Source: a phage. Taken from it: DNA of 64,000 nucleotides. The stretch is taken from the NCBI GenBank assembly GCA_020241865.1, contig GCA_020241865.1_4709.1. The stretch is one strand, 5' to 3'. This document shows, one piece after another, positions 1 to 9,687 of the stretch. Numbering within the stretch: position 1 is the first letter of the stretch; each line of letters opens with the position of its first letter. Under the pieces are notes generated by a model that saw only the letters and a list, made by a program, of their open reading frames with translations, did not search any database and was not told where the DNA came from. A program made the position numbers and the translations under genes.

Positions 1-6
1 AGTTCC

Positions 7-1323
7 TTAACCTTTGGTATAAGCTTTAACGAGAGTGTTGATAAATGAGGTCAATGCACGAAGATATTGGTAAGCGAATTGGTTTTCAATACGGTTCTCT
101 TTACCGCAAAGCAGAATCGCGCGCTTAACGAGCTTAGGATAGATCTCAACGTACGGTTGGTAGCTCGCATCAAAATTCTGCTCGTTGAAGCGTTTCATGG
201 TAACGTATTGGATGCGTTCCATGGTACGGATTTTATTACGAGAGAAGATCTCAGAGAAAGCACGCCCACGTTTTGTTACCATCAACAGATCTTTCGCGAA
301 CGTCAGTTGTCGAACGCTACGCAAATCGTCAGGTGTCGGTAGGACGTACGTTTCCGGGTCACTATCCCATTCAATATCTTCAACGACAATATCCAAGTCG
401 AGGTAACGTTTAACAGCATCGATGATATTGTCTTTTGACGCATCGAATTCTTTCAAGAAGACCGCACCGTTGACATAACGGATACGTTTTCCGGAAACCG
501 TTGGAGTGATAACGTCAGTACCTTCCACAGAACCGCGATTTTCCAGTGTCGATTTGACAGCGTTCAAGAAAGTCAGATAATCAACGGGAAGTTTTTCAAC
601 CTTATCTAAATGGAAGTCGATGATGTTTAACCCTAACCCATCAATAACTGAATAACCGTCCGATTTAAGGAACATCTGATTGAAGGTATCAATGTTGCTT
701 TTCAGCGCGTCTACACCACCAACGTTGTTACGGTTAGGGAAAAGTGTCCGCCACTCCGCTTTAAACGCAACTTCTTTATTTTCCTCGTATTTGCCTTTAG
801 GCATTTGTTCGAGGTCTGCAACGGCTTTCTGAAAATTGCGCGTCTCGTCGTAAACAAGACGGGTAAGCTTCTCGAAGGCTGCTGCCAGAGTCAGGGCAAT
901 ATCAACGATGATATCCCAGATCTTTTTCATGGCTTTTACAACGGTGTCCTTAAACCCTTCAACAACCAAAGCTTCTCCAACCTCAACACGATCGGTTGGG
1001 GTCAGCAATGCTTCGGAGGGTAGACCCAGAGCAATCGATGCGGATTCTTGAACGTTACGAACTAATGCAACGTCACTGTAGTTAGCCGATTCGATAGTCG
1101 GAGCAACATCAAAACTGATTTCCCGCAGTGCAGCAACAGCAGGGAAAGCACGATCAAGTGCATCTTCATGTTCGTCGATTGTCGCTAAACGTAATTCAAC
1201 ACCATCGGCGTCGATGACTTCAGTGGTAGGCTCCACGGCAAGCGCCTCAGCAACAATAGGATCTTTTTCAAACGCCTCAAGGCTGATATCGCCCTGGGTC
1301 GCAAATAGCGGTATGTGTACCAT
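7..1323 (-). CDS. hypothetical protein (~439 aa)
   Basis: ORF 7..1347; track start is TTG, internal ATG at 1323 is preceded by GGAGA RBS; no recognisable motif. Confidence 0.7.
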   Translation of the reverse strand: MVHIPLFATQGDISLEAFEKDPIVAEALAVEPTTEVIDADGVELRLATIDEHEDALDRAFPAVAALREISFDVAPTIESANYSDVALVRNVQESASIALGLPSEALLTPTDRVEVGEALVVEGFKDTVVKAMKKIWDIIVDIALTLAAAFEKLTRLVYDETRNFQKAVADLEQMPKGKYEENKEVAFKAEWRTLFPNRNNVGGVDALKSNIDTFNQMFLKSDGYSVIDGLGLNIIDFHLDKVEKLPVDYLTFLNAVKSTLENRGSVEGTDVITPTVSGKRIRYVNGAVFLKEFDASKDNIIDAVKRYLDLDIVVEDIEWDSDPETYVLPTPDDLRSVRQLTFAKDLLMVTKRGRAFSEIFSRNKIRTMERIQYVTMKRFNEQNFDASYQPYVEIYPKLVKRAILLCGKENRIENQFAYQYLRALTSFINTLVKAYTKG

Positions 1324-1364
1324 GTGTTGTCTCCAGTAATGATTCAAAAGATAAACCTGAGCGG

Positions 1365-1409
1365 CATAGAACCCTCTCCCAACCCGTAAGGGAAGGGAGA
1401 GGGGATATG
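1365..1409. terminator. GC-rich palindromic intergenic hairpin (family member, forward orientation, loop GTAA)
   Basis: CATAGAACCCTCTCCCAACCC-GTAA-GGGAAGGGAGAGGGGATATG between tandem minus genes. Confidence 0.55.
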
Positions 1410-1425
1410 TCAGTTTATTAACTGA

Positions 1426-2748
1426 TTACTGCTGTGCTGCGTCAGCCGGTTTCTCAGCCGCCTGGCCGCCGTACTCTTTCAGCATTTTAGCAACGCCATC
1501 CAGGACAGCGTTACCTGCCTGAACACCGTATTTCATCAGACCGGTCTGCGGGTTCACGTAGCAGGAACGTGCGTCTTTCAGTGCAGACAGTACAGCTTGA
1601 ACACGCTGTTTTTCCTGAGCGGAAACTTCGCCTTTCTTAGACAGATCGGCTTCCATATCGTCACCGAATTTAACAGCGTCTTTGAAGCCCTGGGATTTCT
1701 TACCGATGTTGCCTTTCAGCGCCAGCAGTTTGTCGGCCAGTGCTTCAACACCGCTAACCGCAGCAGCCAGCTGATTCAGGGACAGGACGGTAGCTTCAAC
1801 TTCTTTTGCTTCGCCAGAGCGTTCCCAGGTTACTTTACCATCATTGGCTTTGAAACCCCAACCTGCCGGGCCAGCAACGTCAGCAATCGCCGGAGCGTTC
1901 AGTTTATCAGCGTACTCGGTGTGAGATTTAGCAACAACGGTACCAACGAATTTATCAGCACGATCGTCAGCAGCCTTCATTGCTTTCTCGAAGGTGTCAG
2001 CGATTTTGGTCGCGCCGGTAACCAGATCATCACCACCGATGTAACCAGAAACGCCGCTACCCAGTTTAACTTTGGTATTTTTAGCAGCGCCTTTACGCTT
2101 GGCGATCATTTCTTTCAGTTTAGCAGCACGTGCTTTCAGTTTGGTCGCGCCGTCGAAGATGCGATCCATGAACTTCACGAAGGTTTCCCAGGAAGTCTTC
2201 AGGAAGTTCTTGATGGTTGCCCACAGTTTCTGCCACCATTTTTGTTCTTCCAGGAAGATCATGTTGGTTGCATCGTAGCGGGAAGCGGAACCACCGAAGC
2301 TTTCGAAGGAAGGCATGGTTTCCGGCAGTTTGAAACCGATAGTACCACACAGACGTTTCAGATTACGCATGTGTTCTTGCGCGGTCTGTGCAGACATACC
2401 ACCGTCTTTCAGGTAGCTTTCGGTTGCAACAACGGTTTCCGTCAGTTCATCCATGGCTTCGTCCATGGCTTCTGCGGTTTCGTCGTCTTTTGCAATTTCG
2501 ATAACAACAGCATCAACCTGCTCGATATCACCACGAACTTCGATAGCCAGTTCGGTTTCAGCTGCGGTATCTTCAGCGATTTCAGCACGTTCGGTCAGTT
2601 CAGCCACAACGGTTTCATCCGCTGGTGCAGCATCAGCTGCCGGTTCTGCTTCAACGGTTGCCGCTGCATCCGGGTCGATCTCAGCAGCCAGTTGAACCAG
2701 CTGTGCGTTAGATGGATTTGCGACAAGACGATCAAAAATAGAAGGCAT
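1426..2748 (-). CDS. hypothetical protein with strongly acidic Ala/Glu/Asp-rich N-terminal ~110 aa, basic C-terminal half (possible scaffold or internal virion protein)
   Basis: 440-aa ORF, ATG with AAGGA RBS; compositional bias only, no catalytic motif. Confidence 0.7.
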   Translation of the reverse strand: MPSIFDRLVANPSNAQLVQLAAEIDPDAAATVEAEPAADAAPADETVVAELTERAEIAEDTAAETELAIEVRGDIEQVDAVVIEIAKDDETAEAMDEAMDELTETVVATESYLKDGGMSAQTAQEHMRNLKRLCGTIGFKLPETMPSFESFGGSASRYDATNMIFLEEQKWWQKLWATIKNFLKTSWETFVKFMDRIFDGATKLKARAAKLKEMIAKRKGAAKNTKVKLGSGVSGYIGGDDLVTGATKIADTFEKAMKAADDRADKFVGTVVAKSHTEYADKLNAPAIADVAGPAGWGFKANDGKVTWERSGEAKEVEATVLSLNQLAAAVSGVEALADKLLALKGNIGKKSQGFKDAVKFGDDMEADLSKKGEVSAQEKQRVQAVLSALKDARSCYVNPQTGLMKYGVQAGNAVLDGVAKMLKEYGGQAAEKPADAAQQ

Positions 2749-2812
2749 AATTTGTTTCCTTTACAATAAATTGCACATTAGCTAATGCGGCTTAAGTGAA
2801 CCGTCAGCTCAC

Positions 2813-3343
2813 TTAAAAGCCCTTAAAACCCGGTGCCATAGGTTGCCCAAACACCGCATTCAAAGTACATATGATGTCCTGGATGCCATTGTCCCAATGG
2901 AGCCAAGTACGCACCATCTCTTCGTCTGACAACGTGATATAACTCATAAGTTTACCGCTGCTTTCCAGGCGTTGGTGTGAACTTAACGACTGACGATCTG
3001 ACCAGTTATCAATCAATTGACCAGCAATCTGAACGTTCGTGTCTCGTCTACCCGTGTGAATGAACCGTAGCGTATCACGGATAAACTCCAGACTGGTGAA
3101 GTTCAGATTTGGGTTATGGCTGTTCATTTCCACCCAATCGGTGATGGGGTACATCAAACGATAAAGGGTAGAAAGAACCTGGCGTTCATATTTCCAGTCA
3201 TCGAGAGGAGTACCGTCGACCAGACGCTGATACAAACTAACAACGTCACGATCGTAGTTCTCCTGGCGTTTTACACCGTTAACCGGAAATCCGAAGAACC
3301 CGGTACCGTATAACGTTAAAGGGACGTCACGAAGTGCATTCAT
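2813..3343 (-). CDS. hypothetical protein (176 aa)
   Basis: ORF in co-directional gene string; start overlaps stop of upstream gene. Confidence 0.65.
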   Translation of the reverse strand: MNALRDVPLTLYGTGFFGFPVNGVKRQENYDRDVVSLYQRLVDGTPLDDWKYERQVLSTLYRLMYPITDWVEMNSHNPNLNFTSLEFIRDTLRFIHTGRRDTNVQIAGQLIDNWSDRQSLSSHQRLESSGKLMSYITLSDEEMVRTWLHWDNGIQDIICTLNAVFGQPMAPGFKGF

Positions 3344-4242
3344 ACAGCCGCCTCTTCTTTTCGTTTAATATCATAACGAAGTTTCTTCAGTCGCTCTTCG
3401 TGATATTCGATCTGCTGCTGGATTTTTGGATCGTTGCCCGCATTCTGCTGTTTTTGCTTCAGTGACAAAATCCAATACTCCAACGCTTGGGCTTCTTCTT
3501 TGGCTGCTTGTAACGACGCTTCTTCACGTTCGCTGCGCCAGATGCGATAACGGTAAATAAGCGTGTTGGTCATTTGAGTGTCGGACCATGAGCCCATACG
3601 CATCGGGTCAGTATTACCCGCGTTGTACAATCCATTACCAACACCGTCTTCATCAGAAACCACAACATCCGGGATTTTATCCAACCCAGCAAGGATCTGT
3701 TGTTTCTGTCCACACAGCACCTCGGTGGCGATGGCGAAACCGTACATGTTGGCGGTCAGGTAAGCAATCTCGTTTTTGGTGAAGAACTCACCAAGTGCTT
3801 TATCACCACCTGGCATGCTTTCGCAGATGACCGTCGCACGAAGCAGCGTACGAGCGTAGCTAACGTAGAAGCCCAGGGACTCAACAAGACGTACCAGAGC
3901 GGCTTCTTTGAAACTCAGACCGTCAGCAGCAACATCGATTTCCAGGTTTTTGTTAACACGTTTAACAATTTCTGGAATCAGATCAACAGCATTACGTAGC
4001 GCTAAGTGAACGTTTTCTACCCAGCTTCCAGAGCGAACGCGGGTTAAACGCTGGTGCAGATCCTTATCAGCAAGTTTCCATAAGGCGCTTTCTCCCTTTT
4101 GGAGAAGCGAAGCGGATGTCTCGTAGTAAGGAATCGCGGTGTTGTTGATTTCGTCACGGATTGATTCAAGTGCGTCAGCAACACCGGTGCGTTTAAAAAG
4201 CGGCTTCAAACCGCGAATGAATTCTTTAAAATCGATTGCCAT
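3340..4242 (-). CDS. hypothetical protein (300 aa), C-terminal Lys/Glu-rich predicted coiled coil
   Basis: long ORF, 4-bp overlap with downstream gene. Confidence 0.7.
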   Translation of the reverse strand: MAIDFKEFIRGLKPLFKRTGVADALESIRDEINNTAIPYYETSASLLQKGESALWKLADKDLHQRLTRVRSGSWVENVHLALRNAVDLIPEIVKRVNKNLEIDVAADGLSFKEAALVRLVESLGFYVSYARTLLRATVICESMPGGDKALGEFFTKNEIAYLTANMYGFAIATEVLCGQKQQILAGLDKIPDVVVSDEDGVGNGLYNAGNTDPMRMGSWSDTQMTNTLIYRYRIWRSEREEASLQAAKEEAQALEYWILSLKQKQQNAGNDPKIQQQIEYHEERLKKLRYDIKRKEEAAV

Positions 4243-4281
4243 GAGTGAGCACCTATGCTATTTCGAAACAGGTTGCGTATA

Positions 4282-5388
4282 TTAACGAATCTGTGGGACG
4301 TTTCCGGTACGGAGCGCCTGGAGGATCGTCAGGAGATCGGAACCCGAGGTTGACGAACTGTTGGATTTTTCCAGCTGCTTGAAGCTTACGGTGGTCCCTT
4401 GATCCAAGCTGTGGAAATAGAAGGTCACCATCTCTTCAGCTTCGTCGATGATGATCAACTGCATTGCGAGGGCTTCAGCCATGACTTTCTGACGTGTGGT
4501 ATAATCAGATAAACGACGTCCGATCTTACGCTCGATGGCTTCCTGGTTAGCCTTAGAGATGATATAGGTGGAGGCGATGGCTCCAGAAGAAGGGATCTTT
4601 GTGCTCGCTGCAGCTTTTGCGGCATTGATGCGCGCAGCATTAACAGCCTTACGGATACCCTCTTTATCCATGCGTGAGATTCGTTTGTGTTCGCGAACCA
4701 GATCGCTAAGCAGGATCATATCGCTCCAGAAAGACAGCTCACCGGCCATCATGCGATGCCAACGTGCTCGCCAGGTGTTCTGTGGGCCGCCAATCGCTAA
4801 AATCGACGCAAGCACTTCCGCTGGAGAGCTTGCAATACGCATGCTGATGTTCAACGGCATTTTCATCGTTGCCTGACCATCGGTCAGCGTCACGGTTAAG
4901 AACTTGCCGGTGACCGCGTTTGCATCTTTGTTCAGCAATTCGATCGCCGCGTCGCTGGCTCCAACATCGAGGCTATTTTTTTGTTTCCCCTGTAGGTTGA
5001 ATCCTTTGTCATCAAGGAAAACAAGGCTTTTGCTATCCGCACTTTCCAGCGCTAATTTAACGGCCTTATCCATCAGGTTAGCGTTACGGTTTGGGTTCAC
5101 ACGACCCAGCGTTTTATCGACACTGATGTTACCCACCTGCATGATGGTATTCAACGCCAGTAAATAGAACCCGGTATACATGTTTTCAGCGGTGCGCATG
5201 CAGTTGCCTAACGCATTGCGTGCGTCGCTATAATACAACTCACGTTCAAAGATCAACGGCGCGATAACGCGTGAAGGTTGTGAGAGTTCAACCAGCGAAC
5301 CTGGCTGGATAAGTTTATTAACTTCGTAGACTTTAGCGATACCTGACGCAACAACATTAACAGCGTCGGCAATTTCTGATGCTACCAT
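4282..5388 (-). CDS. hypothetical protein (368 aa), possibly structural
   Basis: long ORF; ATG 5388 with AAGGA RBS; function not determinable from sequence. Confidence 0.7.
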   Translation of the reverse strand: MVASEIADAVNVVASGIAKVYEVNKLIQPGSLVELSQPSRVIAPLIFERELYYSDARNALGNCMRTAENMYTGFYLLALNTIMQVGNISVDKTLGRVNPNRNANLMDKAVKLALESADSKSLVFLDDKGFNLQGKQKNSLDVGASDAAIELLNKDANAVTGKFLTVTLTDGQATMKMPLNISMRIASSPAEVLASILAIGGPQNTWRARWHRMMAGELSFWSDMILLSDLVREHKRISRMDKEGIRKAVNAARINAAKAAASTKIPSSGAIASTYIISKANQEAIERKIGRRLSDYTTRQKVMAEALAMQLIIIDEAEEMVTFYFHSLDQGTTVSFKQLEKSNSSSTSGSDLLTILQALRTGNVPQIR

Positions 5389-5422
5389 ATTGAAATCCTT
5401 ATTTACAAATAAAGGAAAGAAA

Positions 5423-6628
5423 ATGTCTAATTACTACGACCAAGCTATTCAAACCATTCAGGAGAATAATGCGTCGTTAACACCCGAAGCTGTGGAGGCA
5501 GCGGGCAATGCGGTGTTATTCACTGATTCGGATTGGGCAATAGCGCGGAAGAATATTCGTACCAGTGTCGGTCAAGGGACATACGAGGACAGTATCGCCA
5601 GACGGTATCGGAATGTGTCGCCTATTCCTGGTAACAGCCCGATCCCGATTAACCGCGATCATGCCGGTATTACCTTCTTCACACGACCTAATTTACATCT
5701 TACCGACGCGAACTTAAAACGAGATCGACGTTTGTGGTCGTTACGTACGGATAACCCTAACAGTATTCAGGCTGTTGTCCGTGACTACTTGGACCCTGTG
5801 GGTGCCAGAAAGCGGAACCATCGAGGACGTGCCATCGTCGATGAGCGCAATCCATTCATAAGTATACTGACGGACAACCTGACGGATATCAGCGGTTTCA
5901 ATGACATGGAAATGCAGGTCTATCAGGGTAAACCGGGATTACGCCAAGAAACCGTTGTGATGGCTGACGGTTCAGTGGATATGTTCCAGCCTTATAACCT
6001 GAACGCGACGTTCAAGAACATCATGGGTAACCCCATCATGTTCCTTCATTATATTTGGTTGATTTACATCGCAGGCGTGCATAATGGTGAACTGACGCCA
6101 AGCCCTCAGGCCATCATCGACAATGAAATGGATTACTGGACAAGATGCTATCGTATCATCCTGGATCCGACTGGGATGTATGTTCGTTATATCTTCGCAC
6201 CGACCGCGATGTTTCCTGTCGGGTTACCGATTGGTAATATGGCTAACTACAGCATCGATAAACCCTTCACGCAAGATAACGAACGTATCACTATCCCATA
6301 CCAAGCGGTTGGTAACAACGCATTCGATGAAATTCTGAAGGATGAATTCAATCGCCTTGTCCTGATGTTCTATTACGGTGAGAACGATACCCGTACGTTC
6401 CTTGAAGATGAGGAGTTGGTACCTATCTCACCCTACGAGCGTCGAATCATGTCGTATCGTGTCGATATGTATCCATTTATTCATCCGTTGACCTCAGAGC
6501 TTCTTTGGTTCGTACCCGCTGATGATTACAACGAATTCTATCTGGATCTTGAGCCGTCGGCGTTACCACCGGATACGTTCAGTCGCGATCTTGTCCGTAC
6601 CACCATTCCGCAAAATTACGAGGGATAA
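5423..6628 (+). CDS. hypothetical protein (~401 aa)
   Basis: ORF 5390..6628; preferred start ATG 5423 (MSNYYDQ) with AAGGA RBS at 5412-5416. Confidence 0.7.
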   Translation: MSNYYDQAIQTIQENNASLTPEAVEAAGNAVLFTDSDWAIARKNIRTSVGQGTYEDSIARRYRNVSPIPGNSPIPINRDHAGITFFTRPNLHLTDANLKRDRRLWSLRTDNPNSIQAVVRDYLDPVGARKRNHRGRAIVDERNPFISILTDNLTDISGFNDMEMQVYQGKPGLRQETVVMADGSVDMFQPYNLNATFKNIMGNPIMFLHYIWLIYIAGVHNGELTPSPQAIIDNEMDYWTRCYRIILDPTGMYVRYIFAPTAMFPVGLPIGNMANYSIDKPFTQDNERITIPYQAVGNNAFDEILKDEFNRLVLMFYYGENDTRTFLEDEELVPISPYERRIMSYRVDMYPFIHPLTSELLWFVPADDYNEFYLDLEPSALPPDTFSRDLVRTTIPQNYEG

Positions 6629-6631
6629 TAA

Positions 6632-9625
6632 ATGAGCGTAACCAACAAAGATCTTGCTGAACAGCTCAATCGCTATATGCTTTCACCTATTGAAATGCAG
6701 GCTATTGCAAGCGATATGATCCGTTTGGCCTCTGATGGCGAGTTAACCCTGGTTGACCCCAGCTGTCCGTTTGTTTATCTGCTGGAGGTTGCAACGGCAA
6801 CGGCTGCGAACCAGAACGCGCGGGATGAGTCCCGTGTTCGCGAACTGTATCCGAAGCTTGCAACCAACTGGAGCCAGCTCTATCGTTGGATGTATGACGA
6901 GTCGTACGTCGGACGTTTCGCAATGCCGGGTAAAACGGAAATCATTTATTCGTTAGGGTATCAGGAAATCCTCGATCGCGCTGTAGAGATTCCCAACACC
7001 ATCGCCTCCGATGATTTAAGCCGTTCTTACAGCCGTAAGTTAGTGATACCACGTACGACAGCGTTTACGGTAGCCGGAATGGATTTCGGGTTACATTATC
7101 CCATCGAAATCCAAGTACAAGCGCACGACCAGATCCGCGTCGTTTATAACACCGATAACATCAGCCCATTGCAAACCTTGGAGAGTAACCAAGTTGAGTA
7201 CGGGGTTGTTCGTGTAAAAGCGGGTAAAGTGTTGGTGATGCGTATCCCGCTGTTCCAGTTTAAAACACTGGTAAAAGATGTGCCGTTTAACAGCGTTCAC
7301 GGGATGAACAGCAGTATTACCTTCGAAGATCAGTTTTACCATTGTCGTGCGTACATGTCGTCAGATAACGATACCTGGACGGAGATAGCGACAACGCACA
7401 GTCAACAGATCTACGATCCGTTAACACCAACCATCGCGTTACAAGTAGAAGGGAACAAACTTAACTGGCGTGTTCCTGAAATTTATTTGTCTCAAGGTAC
7501 GATGGATAAAAGCACCATTCGACTTGAGGTGTTGACGACGAAAGGGAAAATCAGCGTCGACCCGTCTGATTACGACGTGACCGATTGGAAAGATAACTAC
7601 ATCGATCTGTCGCCAAAAGCCGAACAGAAATACAGTGCGCCGCTAAGTGCATTCAACATTAAAGGGATTTATAGCGAAGGGGCGTTGTCGGGTGGGCGAT
7701 CCGCGTTAACGTTCGAGGAACAACGTGAACGCGTTATGGCTGGCGTGAACAAAACCAAGGTGCCGATCACGGGAACGCAGGTAGAGCTGGTGCTTCAAGA
7801 TGCGGGCTACGGGATGGTGACCACCATCGACAACGTAACCAATCGTTCGTTCCTGGCAACCCGAGATTTACCGCAATTGAGCGACAGCGTGCCGCAAGCC
7901 GGTTCGTTGATGGGGTCTTTCTATACGTCAGCTGCAGCATTGGTGAAAAGTAAGTTTGTCGCCGATAACGGCGATCGTATTACGATTAAACCTGACTGCC
8001 TGTATCGCGACAGTAACGGAAGTATCACGCTGTTGTCGGACGATGAAATTGACCGTATTAATGCGGGCAACTCCGATGCGAAGTTGAATGCGGTAAACAA
8101 CGCCATGTTGTTTTACAGTCCGTTTCATTACGTATTAGATGCGACAAGCGATTTCGACATCCACGCTTATTACCTGGATGCCCCTAAGATCGGCACGCAA
8201 GCATTCCTCGACGCGAACGAGACAATCCCGTTAACCGCTATGGTGACCGGATACCGTCTGGATCGTATCGCTGAAGGATATCGTCTAAGCCTCATTGTAG
8301 AAGGTAACGACGCATGGAAGGCGCTCGACGATAAAAACGTGCATGTGCAGCTAGGATTCAATCCGCGGGGTGAGGGCGATTATGCGACGATGTTGGCATC
8401 GCCTACAACCGATGAACAAGGTCGTCGTTTGTTCACCTTCGATATCACCACGAACTATGATTTTACACGAATCCTGGCTGATGATTCCACGGCGTATGAA
8501 CCGTATATCGCATTGACCTCTTTCTCGATGTATGAATCGACACCGCGGGCTTACTGGGCATCACTGCAGCAGTATTTGGAAATCTTCCATGTGGTGACGG
8601 ATTATGCGCCGGAAGATGTCGACGGTATTTTACACAGTGCTTCCGATAATTACCTGGTTAAGAAACTCACGCTTCAAAATGGGTATTGTTTCTACCGTGA
8701 ACGTCTCACCGCAACCTTTGGTTATGATCTGGATGGTCTTTGGATGCGTTCTCGTACGGTGGCCTCGGAGATCACGTATAAACGTTACACCGAGAACATT
8801 CCATGGGTGTATGATGAAGATATTCCAGCGACGGATGAGACCGGTTCTGTTATCATTGAGCAAGGCGATGATGGTACGTTGTCGGTTAAATATCTGCATC
8901 GTAAAGGAGATCCGAAATTAAACAGTGATGGGAGCCAAGCCTATCGTTACCTGAAAGGCGACATCATGAAAGATAATTACGGTAATCCGATCCCCGTCGA
9001 TGAACGTGAGGTTCTGCGTAACCTGGACATGTTCTTTATTGATGCATCGTATCTGTTAGCGAACGATACAGACGTGATTGAGTATCGTAATGCGATTCCT
9101 ACGCAGCTTATCGAATGGATCCAGAACGATATCGACACGTTCATGAATTTCTGTTATGAAGAAACAGAGATTTCACTGTATCCTAAACAATCGCTGGGGT
9201 ATGTGGATGTGATTGTGGAAAACGGATTGGAAACGACGCTTCCTGCTGCCCTATCGTTCAACGTAACACTGTACTTACCAGCTAAGCAATACGCTGACCT
9301 GGATTTACGTCAAGTCCTTCAAGCGATGGTGTCGAAAGTCATCAATGAATGCTTGACATCCCGTACAGTAGCTAAAGCAGAAATGATCGCGATGATTCGT
9401 GAGGAAGGAGGTGACGACATCCTGAACGTTGAAATCGATGATTTTGGACCAGGTAAGAACCTCAGTGTTTATACCGCGAAGAACGACGGTGTTCGTTGTG
9501 CGGTGAAGAAAGAGCTTTATGTGAAAGCGGATGGTATCTTGTCCGTACGTGAAGCGATCGATGTAAGTTTTGTGAAACATGCACAAAGCAACAGTTCAGC
9601 GCTAGCACAAGGCCTTCGTGTCTAA
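6632..9625 (+). CDS. large hypothetical protein (997 aa)
   Basis: long uninterrupted ORF immediately after 5423..6628; followed by convergent GC hairpin. Confidence 0.8.
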   Translation: MSVTNKDLAEQLNRYMLSPIEMQAIASDMIRLASDGELTLVDPSCPFVYLLEVATATAANQNARDESRVRELYPKLATNWSQLYRWMYDESYVGRFAMPGKTEIIYSLGYQEILDRAVEIPNTIASDDLSRSYSRKLVIPRTTAFTVAGMDFGLHYPIEIQVQAHDQIRVVYNTDNISPLQTLESNQVEYGVVRVKAGKVLVMRIPLFQFKTLVKDVPFNSVHGMNSSITFEDQFYHCRAYMSSDNDTWTEIATTHSQQIYDPLTPTIALQVEGNKLNWRVPEIYLSQGTMDKSTIRLEVLTTKGKISVDPSDYDVTDWKDNYIDLSPKAEQKYSAPLSAFNIKGIYSEGALSGGRSALTFEEQRERVMAGVNKTKVPITGTQVELVLQDAGYGMVTTIDNVTNRSFLATRDLPQLSDSVPQAGSLMGSFYTSAAALVKSKFVADNGDRITIKPDCLYRDSNGSITLLSDDEIDRINAGNSDAKLNAVNNAMLFYSPFHYVLDATSDFDIHAYYLDAPKIGTQAFLDANETIPLTAMVTGYRLDRIAEGYRLSLIVEGNDAWKALDDKNVHVQLGFNPRGEGDYATMLASPTTDEQGRRLFTFDITTNYDFTRILADDSTAYEPYIALTSFSMYESTPRAYWASLQQYLEIFHVVTDYAPEDVDGILHSASDNYLVKKLTLQNGYCFYRERLTATFGYDLDGLWMRSRTVASEITYKRYTENIPWVYDEDIPATDETGSVIIEQGDDGTLSVKYLHRKGDPKLNSDGSQAYRYLKGDIMKDNYGNPIPVDEREVLRNLDMFFIDASYLLANDTDVIEYRNAIPTQLIEWIQNDIDTFMNFCYEETEISLYPKQSLGYVDVIVENGLETTLPAALSFNVTLYLPAKQYADLDLRQVLQAMVSKVINECLTSRTVAKAEMIAMIREEGGDDILNVEIDDFGPGKNLSVYTAKNDGVRCAVKKELYVKADGILSVREAIDVSFVKHAQSNSSALAQGLRV

Positions 9626-9641
9626 AACAAAATAGCATGAG

Positions 9642-9684
9642 CATAACCCTCCTCCAACCCGTCAGGGAAGGAGGAGGGAATATG
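9642..9684. terminator. GC-rich palindromic intergenic hairpin (family member) between convergent genes
   Basis: CATAACCCTCCTCCAACCC-GTCA-GGGAAGGAGGAGGGAATATG; arms covary relative to copy at 1365. Confidence 0.6.
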
Positions 9685-9687
9685 CTG

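Noticed and set aside
1597-2769. 390-aa plus-strand ORF antisense to 1426..2748
   Set aside because: Lies entirely within and opposite a better-supported gene with RBS; Phe/Cys-rich composition is typical of antisense read-through of a GC/Ala-rich gene.
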